This document shows, piece after piece, positions 10,401 through 19,478 of a DNA stretch of 27,961 nt (position 1 is the stretch's first letter; every line of letters begins with the position of its first letter). The stretch comes from Octopus sinensis. Its lineage: Eukaryota. Location: contig NW_021827582.1 in the NCBI RefSeq assembly GCF_006345805.1, positions 1 to 27,961 of the forward strand, read 5' to 3'. A program made the position numbers and the translations under genes. Under the pieces are notes generated by a model, which saw only the letters and a program-made list of their open reading frames with translations, made no database searches and was not told where the DNA came from.

Positions 10401-13400
10401 ACTTGATTTCTATAAATTTTGCCATTATTTGAACTTTTGTTTGTTAGAATGACTGAGAACAGGTTCCATTCCTAATTTTCTTTCGAATGGTTAGCTAAAG
10501 ATATTACTGAAATATCACCGAGTATGGTGAAATAGATAAATTAGAAGATACACAAGAGTTAATAGTGTCGTTTGGGACAGGTAACTAAATTCTATTATTG
10601 TTTACAGGTAAACAGGTGAGTTAATGTCAATGTTTCTATTTGTTTACATTGCTATTTAATATACTGGTAGGTTGTTGTTGTTGTTTAGGCAGATGTATGC
10701 CTTAATCTGGCAGACTTAAGAGGAAAAGTGTCCCAGGTGTGACGCCGTTCTTTTCTTGGCAGAACAGGACCACATTATCAAATGCAACATTCTTACAGGA
10801 GACTGTGTATCTCGTGAGACATGTTGTAGTAACTCTCCTGGTTAGCCTGTTTATTGTAGTCCTTTAGCCCCAGGACAACCTATAGTCCTCTCTCAAACCA
10901 GACAGGCCCTATTGTTAATTATTTTCCAGGGTCGCCTGGACTCAGCCCTTTAAGTTAAGGAAATACAAAATATAAAATAATCATCCTAACAGAAGTTGTA
11001 AAGACAACTTGACTTTGTTTGTCAATTGAAATCATTTCACTCTTCTTCTTTGCTTTACAAACCTCATTTGGAAAGGCATGAACATCACAATAAACCATGT
11101 CTCCTTGTCTCAAAGTTTAACAACAGAAAGTATCTTTTATACAATGCTCCTAGTATTTACAGTAATGTATTCCACCTCCCTATGGTACCTATATGCATGT
11201 AGGTAGAATGCACCATAGAGAAATGTCTTTACGTGGGACATTGAGCTTTGCTGGGGACTAGATTTGAACCTTCGTTCCCGGACACAAAAGGTCATGACAA
11301 TCACCGCAGTCATCTGATAGAAATGATTATTAAGAAAGGACATCATGTATGACGTGGCCAACTTGTTATATCTTTTGAATTCATATAAAATGTACCAGTC
11401 ATATACTGGGGTAAAATCGATTCACTAACAGCAGTCCATTATCCTCATCTTCCGTTCATTTTTCTCCCACAGTTGTGTTTCTTTGTCAGGTTTAACTTTT
11501 TTCCTTCCATTTAGATCTCCTGCCATTTCTTTACCCAAATTTTATTTTTCACACTCCCCCTCCCCATATTTCTACCATCTCCTCTCTCATGTATTAGGGT
11601 GACAACTAAGTTCCCTCTATTTTGTTTTAAAATTTAAAAGGTTTTATAAAAAACCCAGCTAATTAATGAATAATGTATTCACCCTTGTTGTTTACAACTT
11701 CTTTCCAACGTTCAACAAGATTTGTAATACCTCGTTCGTGGAAATCACCCGATTTCGACTGGAAAAATTGATCCAACCAAGCTCTCAATTCTGCATCAGT
11801 ATTGAACGAAACTCCGCGTATATCATTTGAAAGAGATCGAAAGAGGTAGAAATCCGTTGGTGCCAAATCAGGAGAGTACGGCGGGTGTGGCAGCACTTCC
11901 CAGCCATGCGTTTGAATGGCTTCCTTGGTTATATTGGCGATGTGAGGGCGGGAGTTATCGTGCAGCAGAAGAACTCCATGCTGACGATTAGGTCTTTTCT
12001 CTTGAATAGCCGTGTTGAGTCGTTCCATCTCTTGAACATAGAGTTCCGTGTTAACCGTTTGGTTCCGTTCAAGCAACTCGTCATGGATAATTCCTTCCCA
12101 GCCCCACCATACGCACAACATCGTTTAACGCGGATGAAGATCTTCTTTCACTCGCGGTGTCTCTTGTTTACCGGGGTTAAGCCATTCCTTACGCTGCTTC
12201 ATATTGATGTACAGGCACCATTTTCCGACTCTAGTAACGATTCGGCCAAGAAATCGTTGCCTGTGTCCATGAGTTGAGCGGTGACGAGCAAACAAGCCAG
12301 CAGAAATTGTGGCTCGTTGATTTCTGCTGTTGTCACTTAAAGCATGCTGAACCCATGCTCCATACTTCTGAACCCATCCCATCGAGTGAAGATGCTTCTC
12401 TATAGCAGTGTGAGAGCATTCCATTTTCTCTGACTGTTCCCCTGTCATTTGACGTGAATTTTCGTGCAAAAGTTGGTTTAATCGCTCTTCATCGAACTCA
12501 ACTGGACGGCCAGAACAAAGTGCATCTTTGAGGTCAAAATTTCCATTTGTGAACATGGCATACCAATCACAAGCGGTTCTTTCAGTTATGGCACCCTCTC
12601 CATACACTGTACAAATGTCGCGAGCAGCTTTTGCAGCCTTAGAACCTTGATTAAAAGCAAAAAAGTAGGTGTCGAAAATGCTCGTTTTTCTTAACTTGAC
12701 ATTCAGTTTTAATGATCTGAAAATAAACAAAAATTAACTAAAATTAACTACAAAGAAAACAAAATAGATTCCAAAATCATTCAAAATAGAATTCTCAAAG
12801 CAAAAATAGATTCCAAAATTTAAAAACGCCATAAATTCCAAAATTTATAAAAACCGCGGGAACTTAGTTGCCAACCCAATACTATCTCTGCTTCTTTGAA
12901 GACAAAGTTTTTCTTCCTGCTCATCTTTTGTCCAGCATCTCTACACCTGAATATTTTACTTCTAGTGAAGTATGTCCACCTCATTTCATGCCAGTTTTTA
13001 ATACATTTTCCACATTCAATGCAATATTGCACTTTACAACTACACATCACTCTGCACTTCATCTGGAAACAGAATCGCTTCAATGCAAATAGACACAACA
13101 GCTCTCTGTACAATTTTGCAGTTCAGTTACTATGCTTTCCGCATAGTCTCCTCCACTTCTAATCATACCTGTTAGGTAACAGAAACCAGCAACTACGTCT
13201 TTCAGAGTTGATATTACTTCAGATTCATTTTGTATATTTCATACTTACAAACCCCTTGCCCTCTTTCAACTTCTCTCTGATCCCACTGTACACTTTGTGT
13301 GCATTGAATACACCATATAAAAATCCTATTACCCCGACCTTTCTTTTCCTGCATATCGAATATGATAACTTCCCAGTTCAGGTAGATATTTATGGATACA

Positions 13401-14719
13401 GTAGTTCCTTCAGGATCTAACTGTTGTTGGCATGTAGATGGCGAGTCCTGCCTTCGTTTTTGCTAAAACACTTCTCATTGTAAGGGTTACCTTGAAACCT
13501 CTCCATTATAAGAATTTCTCTAAAGAGTGGAAGAAATCATTATTATGAGTCATGAATACAGAAAGACTAAGCTGTTGCCTTTTATAATATGTGATGTGTA
13601 GCAATCACTATGAAATTGTTTGTGTGGTTGACATCATTCTACCATGCCTTGTATGTATTTCTATTTTAATTGGTCCAGGTGTACCAAATATTATTGTTAT
13701 TATTTGACATTTCAATCTCAGCTTTCTAGATATTTGTAAATATGACAATTTGAGGCATTGACCATGGAATGTTATCAAACGTCGGAAATAGACTCCTTTT
13801 GAGGGGTCTCTGGAGTAACGTTACTCGACAGGGTGTGTAGGCTGGAGAATTGGGTGTCTCTCCAGGTCAAACGGCTGCTTCTCTGCATTGAGAAGTCAGA
13901 ACTCCAGTAATAGAGAAACGTGATTAGAATGTCACAAAAATGAATCGCAAAACGGGTTCTTGAAGCTGAGCCAACTGACAGGAGACCCCTAGGGGTAGAT
14001 CGAGACTAGATTGTTGGATAAAATCCATAGTTTCAATTGGTCATCTTTGAGAATGGATTCAGAAAATCTTCTGATAGGACCCGACGAAGGAGATTCCTAA
14101 AGACTCTACCCCAGCAACCCTTCTATGAATAAAGGACAGAGAAAATGGATGGATGGATCAAATCGTGTAACTGTTGGTCTCTATTGATTCTTTAGGCTCT
14201 CATACACTCTTACCCACAGAAAAACACTTCTCCTTCCTGCTCTTTACCAAACATTTTCTCGTGTAACTTTCAGTTAATTCTTTTTCAAAATGTTTTCTCC
14301 ATTTCCAGCCTTTATTTCAAAATGTTTGTTATTTTTGTCAACATCTTTAGAAACAGAGACCAATGTCTTCTATTTTCCCTGTTTCTTAAGTATTTCTCAT
14401 TCCTCTAATCACATGATTTCTTTGCTATATTTATAACAACCCACCACACACGTGTGTTATATTATCGGTAATGTTGTTTTAATTATATTTTTGTATTGTT
14501 GTATCTTTTGCAGGGAGAGAATTAGGAATTAAACAAGTTGACCTGAACATTATCAAGAGTGACTTCCCTAATGATACAGCAGAACAAAGTTTCCAGATGC
14601 TCTATAAATGGTTCCAGTGTTGTGATCCAGCGAATCGTACACTTAAAACATTAACGGAAGCTCTGACGGAAATCGAGTGTTTCGACGCTCTTGAACGTCT
14701 ATCATTAGACACAAATTGA
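4366..14719 (+). CDS. 3' part of a spliced gene encoding a C-terminal death-domain protein (exons 4366-4416, 8473-8523, 10313-10384, 14514-14719; 5' exons not in window)
   Basis: The four GT-AG exons join in one open frame through phase-1 introns: (E)GPKSSKPEVQMLAEPP|ENRTFKDKETQTQEEPV|ESVNLDEKLLHSVAKKLGNKWQQL|GRELGIKQVDLNIIKSDFPNDTAEQSFQMLYKWFQCCDPANRTLKTLTEALTEIECFDALERLSL DTN*. The pattern L..VA..LG..W..LGR.LG......I......EQ...ML..W......T...L..AL matches the death-domain fold consensus. No orthologue can be assigned. Confidence 0.88.
4531..4965 (-). mobile_element. 3' end of an RTE-type LINE (or derived SINE) with (ATG)n tail and internal ~63-bp tandem repeat
   Basis: (CAT)n at 4531-4553, then ggatgcccttcctaacgccaacc, a 3'UTR motif I recall from RTE-type elements. 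Four copies of ttttacgt.cca.cggca follow. Confidence 0.7.
4975..6280 (+). pseudogene. Decayed DDE DNA-transposase, Sola2-like (family assignment inferred from motifs)
   Basis: Frameshifted translation shows DLAENYSFVV.D..QGFH, ISDCLKHD...VHAFI, YFSDGAADQYKN, FFAMSC.KS.YEGI (degenerate HGK...DG.G), GTRSHH.FVP and a C-terminal DWYIG.I.E.SDE segment. Contains stops and frameshifts. Confidence 0.75.
6485..6880. mobile_element. Head-to-head SINE pair in the right arm (mirror of 2345-2740)
   Basis: Reverse complement of the left-arm pair. Confidence 0.8.
8473..8523 (+). CDS. 51-nt symmetric (phase 1-1) linker exon encoding ENRTFKDKETQTQEEPV
   Basis: Acceptor tatttatttcag|AG and donor GTTG|gtgagt. 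In frame with the death-domain exons. Confidence 0.78.
8880..10150 (+). mobile_element. Decayed RLE-type (HERO/R2-like) non-LTR retrotransposon RT region
   Basis: With stops: FSKKQV*SLVKKARP..A.G.D.VP..MYK, ELWDKGEL..EWCK, QLKPISILN.KIY, IQKAGI, NLNVLWLELVNAFGP, GI..VCKISVILF, SMDDI and later CRM...KSR. These match HERO-type RT motifs such as WLDLANAYGS, GCTISVILF and FMDD. Confidence 0.75.
10313..10384 (+). CDS. Death-domain exon 1 (72 nt, N-terminal helices)
   Basis: tatttatttcag|AG...CTTG|gtgagt. Encodes ESVNLDEKLLHSVAKKLGNKWQQL. Confidence 0.88.
11594..12879 (-). mobile_element. Full-length (1286 bp) mariner transposon with TA target duplication
   Basis: TIRs ttagggtgacaactaagttccc (from 11594) and gggaacttagttgccaacccaa (to 12879), flanked by TA at 11592-93 and 12880-81. 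Internal transposase remnant. Confidence 0.93.
11663..12730 (-). pseudogene. Mariner transposase, frameshifted
   Basis: Two ORFs (12125-12730 and 11663-12121) carry WVQHAL (WVPHEL-like), HDNSRPH and YSPDLAPTD. The first catalytic motif GDEKW reads RVGKW and the frame breaks near 12123. Confidence 0.92.
13780..14158 (+). mobile_element. RTE-clade (Rex3/Expander-like) LINE 3' end
   Basis: GVTLLDRV...LQV.RLLLCIEKS.L...VIRM....AKRVLEA.PT.RRP.G, ending in the gaaaatggatggatgg tail. Confidence 0.75.
14514..14719 (+). CDS. Terminal death-domain exon with stop codon
   Basis: Acceptor gtatcttttgcag|GG. 2 nt plus 68 codons ending in TGA at 14717-14719. Completes the death-domain consensus. Confidence 0.9.
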
Positions 14720-14956
14720 ATTTTTGAGTAAACTGTCGCTGCTGTTGTGTCCTAAGTCTACATTCGACAAATGCCTTCCATCCAGGACTATCCTGCCTTT
14801 CACTTAAGTTTAGAGAACTCAATACCACATTGTCTACTGTGTCCTTCTTTCAGATGACATATTGTGAATTGAGTAGGATTCGGCTACTAATTCTAGCAGA
14901 TCTGTCTACTCCATTGAGGGCAATTGTTTCCCTTGTTGTTAGAGATTAACTGTGGA

Positions 14957-14962
14957 AATAAA
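14957..14962 (+). promoter_or_regulatory. Candidate polyadenylation signal of the death-domain gene
   Basis: AATAAA about 240 nt after the stop codon. The motif is common in AT-rich DNA, so support is weak. Confidence 0.4.
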
Positions 14963-15223
14963 GATAAGCTTTGAAATTTCATTTGTTGTTGATGTTGTTG
15001 TTGTAAGTCCCTCTATCTCCCTAAACACCTCCATTGTTATGTAGGCAGTTTTAATATCTTGTGGATTTCTTCATAAAAATGGAATGTGTAATTCCATTTT
15101 GTAAAGCTTGCTTAAAATCCCATTTTGCTTTCGAGTAGAACCTTCCTTCTTGTAAACACAATTGTCAGTAAATATAGGATTTCCATTTCTTGCAGTCAAT
15201 AATTTTACATTAGGAGCTCAGTG

Positions 15224-15540
15224 AAGGCGCGTGGCTTAGTGATTAGGGCATTCGGTTCACGATCGTAATGTTGTGAGTTCAATTCCCAGCGACGCGTTGT
15301 GTCCTTGAGGAAGACACTTTATTTCATGTTAATCCCGTCCACTCAGCTGGCAAAAATGTGTAGTACATGTATTTCAAATGGCCGGCCTTGTCACACTTTG
15401 TGTCACGCTGAATCTCCCTGAGAAGTGCGTTAAGGATACACGTGTCTGTGGAGTACTCAGCCACTTGCACGTTAAGTTCACGAACAAGCTGTTCCGTTGA
15501 TCGTATCAGCTGGGATCCGTGTCGTCGTAACCGACAGAGA
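15224..15540 (+). mobile_element. tRNA-derived SINE (second family)
   Basis: A-box-like tggcttagtga and B-box-like gagttcaattcc, followed by the gtgtccttgag.aagacact core typical of conserved-domain SINEs. Confidence 0.75.
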
Positions 15541-16459
15541 GTTCCTTCACGAACTCACCCAATGTAAAAACAAGATTTGGCTCAAATTATTTTTGCTAAT
15601 ACCTCTATAAGGACAAGGAACACAACACGTATAATTATAGAGCCAAACTCCTAAAGGTTTCAAAGATATGCCCCGCCAAAATTTGAGAGCCAAGTCCCTC
15701 GTGGAGAGTGGATGTCAATTTATACATAATTTGCTGCTGAACATCTTTAAAACTAATCGTAGGCCAATAACATGAATTAACTCTGAAGGAGATGAGAAAC
15801 CAGTTGAAATTTTGAACGGATAAAGTATGGATACATACATTCCTGCATCACAAGTTTCATTCCCTTGTTTAATTGTTCACAGGGTGAACTTACGAGGCAA
15901 AACCTGTCAGAAGAATGAGTTGTGTTCACCTCGAACCATTTTCAGAGGCCTCCTCTAAATATTGTTTATGCCTGGTACATTGTCAGTCTTCCTATCATGG
16001 ACAGATTAGTCCTGAAATTGAAGAAACTCAGCAGAAGTTTGCTTGTATTATGCTTCTTGGTCCCATGAGGGTCCCTTGAATATTGATTTTTTAAAAAATG
16101 TCCGCTTATGAAAGGATTCATATTTGAGAGACCAATAACGTGAATATGGAAGAAGATAGAGCAATTCCGAAAGCAGATACTGACAGGGTACGTTCAGATT
16201 ACCCGGAGTAGCTACTCTTAGACAAATATTATCATTAGTATTAAAGGTGTTCAACACAATCTGTATAAACTGACATTAGAGCACCCCGAGGGGTGTAGCT
16301 CTCAAATTTTGGTGGGGTGTATCATTGAAACCTTTCGGAGTTGGACCCTAAAATCATAAGTATGTCCCTTGTGCACATAGCGGTATTCCCCAAATAATTT
16401 TGTGCCAAATCTGTGTTGGGCACGTCCACAGCTTTGACTGAGTTCTTTTGGAATGACCC
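15541..16459. mobile_element. Non-autonomous TIR DNA transposon (MITE-like)
   Basis: Imperfect inverted repeats at 15574-15708 and 16278-16411, for example aaaggtttcaa.gata..cccc.ccaaaatttgagagc. The right end is ggaatgaccc. The left end is degraded next to the SINE. Confidence 0.75.
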
Positions 16460-16464
16460 ATTAG

Positions 16465-16910
16465 CTTTCATCGAAACACTTGATAATGCAAAATACAGCT
16501 GAACGTGGGAGACAAATTGTGTGCGAAGATATATTCCAATTTGTTTAAACGTCTGTCACCGTGCTTTGTTGCATGTGGAGGGCAAAGGCTGCTTTACATG
16601 GAATTGTTTCTGTGCTAAATGTGAATGGGAACTCCATTCATTGAAACCCATGTGGGATCTTTGATATTACCAGCATTGATCCTACAAAAGGACCACAAAC
16701 AACCTCAGCCGCAATAACACGATCGTAGAAGCAGACAATGATGTAGCCTATGCCATTGTAATGGCCATGTGTAGCATCCACATTTCTGTAAAACCTAATG
16801 CAGCTTCTTTTCTTTCGCTTGAGAATATATAATGGAAACCCTGATGGCACGAGTTTGTTGAGGAACTTGAAAAGGTACAGAGAAGTATATAGATGTCATT
16901 TTTAATTATA
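16465..16910 (-). mobile_element. Helitron PIF1-type helicase C-terminal remnant
   Basis: PSGFP...L.....FYRNVDATHGHYNG.GYI...DRVIAAEV..GP..GS.L.I.KIPH, then across frameshifts FP....KQF..K.AFAL.CNKA..QTFKQIGIYL....QLY.ALS. These are canonical Helitron helicase motifs. Confidence 0.85.
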
Positions 16911-17244
16911 TTACTTAAATTCCCTTCCATATATTAGGAGATAGTTTTATTAACTTTTATTAATTTTTATTATTATTGTCTTCCATAGTATTTTAAAATT
17001 TTGACTTTGCCTTCCTACATCGAGACCCGACTATTTAACAAAACTTTTCTTTCACCTGATGACGTAGCTGAAGTTCTGAATTATTTTGAAAGGAATTTTA
17101 GCATTTTGCATTAATACAGGCCTGTAATTTATTCATTATTAGAGAGAATAATATAAATTATTTCCATGTTTCAAGAAACGAAACAATTTGTCGTGAATAA
17201 AGAATTTTCTTTCTGTTAAATAAATTTTCATCAAAATGTTATTT

Positions 17245-17672
17245 AGGACTGAAGACTTCAACAGAGTCCCTTTATCTGCGATCTAGTGGGCTCTGAGGAA
17301 GTTAGATGTAGATGGGTGGCTAGTGAAAGGCATACAAGCCATGAACAGGGGATTTGTCAGCAAGGGGAAAGTTAATCATGAGTAGGGTAATGAATTTAGA
17401 GAGCAGGTACTTCACCGAGGTTCGGTTCTTGGCCTCCTGCTTATCATTGTCCTCTTGGCCATAACAAGGAACTTACAAGTGACTCCTCTGAGAACTTTTA
17501 TATACGGATCACCTTCGTCTTATAATGGGATCTGTATCAGAATTGGTAAAGAAATTTCAGGTGTGGAAGCAAAGATTGGGATCTAGAGGGTAAGAAGTTA
17601 ACCTAGCAAAGAATAAAGTTGTAATTACCAAGACAACGGATAAGACTCTCTCCCCACGAGGTAAACTGCCCG
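17245..17672 (+). mobile_element. RTE-type LINE reverse-transcriptase remnant
   Basis: FNRVP..AI*WALRKL.VD.WLV..IQAM, LHRGSVLG.LL.IIVL.AIT, LYTDHL (YADDL-like) and KKFQVWKQ.L.SRG..VNLAK.KV. Confidence 0.8.
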
Positions 17673-18736
17673 GATGTACAAGGCGCAGTGTAGTGACCAT
17701 CTTTTTATCCGGCAACCCGGATGCTCTTTCTACTGTCCTCGAATGGCTTCAAAGTTGACAGCACCCATTAGATGATGCTCAGTCAAGCTGCTTTCCATCC
17801 AGATGTCCTCACATCTCAATCTGTCATCTTTAGCCGAACAAAGACTTAGTCCAGTGGCGTGAGATGGAGAGCGGAGACGAATGTTTGGGGATATCTATGA
17901 AATGCAGGTGGACAGAGAGACATCCGATGGGCACAGTCGTCTTTTGTGATCAATTATCGAATATGTAGGGTTTGCATCGCCAAATAACGTCCCCTCGTGT
18001 GGTCGAAGCCCTGGCTAGCAAAATATATTTAGAGAATGAATTGCTGATGAATAAGACTATGAAGGTTATACTGCGTCACACCATACTGCACAGAACTACA
18101 CCGAGTCACATCGCGGCACACCGCGTCTGCAAATGATGGATAATGCTGGGAAGATATGACAAAATAAACAGCAGTGTATTACACAATCCCCGCTGTATTA
18201 AAGTATCCGTGTTTGTGACTCTCTCTCTCAGATGTCCGGGGGGACACCTTCCATGTGTGTGTGTGTGTGTCCGTCACCTATTCACCGTCTAACTCTATTC
18301 TATTTGTGGGACACAGCTGCTGAGTCATCTTTGGATTTTGTCTAAATAAAGGATCAGCCAAGAACTCGAAATTAAAATTCAATCGATAAGAAAACAAGTT
18401 GAGGTGATGGAACTGATTTAGCATTTATCATATATTTGGAGAGATTTGGCTGACCAGTAAAGTTATGTGGCTATTGTAGGTAAGCATAAAACGAAAGAAC
18501 AATAAGAAGCGTAAGTTTGAAACACAGCACAATTATCTGATGTAAAATTGAAGTAAATCAATTGAGGTTTGAAAATACACAAGCTCCGACTGTCAATGTT
18601 AGATATCTATCTAAAACTTGTAGACATTTTGTCGTATCATTTATCATTTTGTTGTATCACTGTGCTCCGCTCCGAATTTGTTTTCTTATAACGTTCAGAA
18701 AATTGGAGATATTTTAAAGGAAATTTCCAGCTCATA

Positions 18737-19137
18737 GGCGCAGGAGTGGCTGTGTGGTAAGTAGCTTGCTAACCAACCACATGGTTCCGGGTTCAGTCCC
18801 ACTGCGTGGCATCTTGGGCAAGTGTCTTCTGCTATCGCCCCGGGCCGACCAATGCCTTGTGAGTGGATTTGGTAGACGGAAACTGAAAGAAGCCTGTCGT
18901 ATATATGTATATATATGTGTGTGTGTTTGTGTGTCTGTGTTTGTCCCCCTAGCATTGCTTGACAACCGATGCTGGTGTGTTTATGTCCCCGTTACTTAGC
19001 GGTTCGGCAAAAGAGACTGATAGAATGAGTACTGGGCTTACAAAAGAATAAGTCCCGGGGTCGAGTTGCTCGATTAAAGGCGGTGCTCCAGCATGGCCGC
19101 AGTCAAATGACTGAAACAAGTAAAAGAGTAAAGAGTA
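18737..19137 (+). mobile_element. Full-length tRNA-derived SINE (third family) with internal (TA/TG) tract
   Basis: Head ggcgcaggagtggctgtgtggtaag...ggttcagtccc and tail gactgaaacaagtaaaagagta. A near-identical copy lies at 26385. Confidence 0.9.
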
Positions 19138-19319
19138 TATCTTTCGTATTGAGTAGATTAGGGTTACAGCAGTTTCTGTTGTGATAAAAAAAAGGGTTTA
19201 ATGGACACGCACACATAAATCCTGACACGAGCTGACATCAGGGAATCGACTCCTGTCCTTGTGATCCATCAATTTATAATTCTTTCTATTATAGTCACAA
19301 GGCCTGAAATTTGGGTGGG

Positions 19320-19478
19320 AGGGGACTAGTCGATTACATCGACCCAGTACTCAGCTGGTACTTAATTTATCAACCCCGAAAGGATGAAAGGCAAAGTCGA
19401 CCTCGGCGGAATTTGAACTCAGAACGTATTGACGGGCGAAATACCTCAAAGCATTTCGTCTAGCTTGCTGCCTTCCAT
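19320..19478 (-). mobile_element. SINE, same family as 2345-2740
   Basis: gtcgattacatcgacccagt...gatgaaaggcaaagtcgacctcggcggaatttgaactcagaacgt. Confidence 0.85.

Larger units (their letters stand above)
11410..13200 (-). mobile_element. Old RTE-type LINE remnant split by the mariner (pieces about 12882-13200 and 11410-11591)
   Basis: RELLCLFALKRFCFQMKCRV resembles the RTE RELLPLL..KG.S...KGRLY segment. The sequence across the TA site continues plausibly into the RLRWYGH region. Confidence 0.45.

Noticed and set aside
10608-10615. Possible 8-nt micro-exon (tttacag|gtaaacag|gtgagt)
   Set aside because: It would break the death-domain frame, and the homologous position in the duplicated intron (about 8790) lacks the arrangement.
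13350-13520. Possible additional minus-strand LINE fragment
   Set aside because: It looks repeat-derived, but I could not recover a diagnostic motif.
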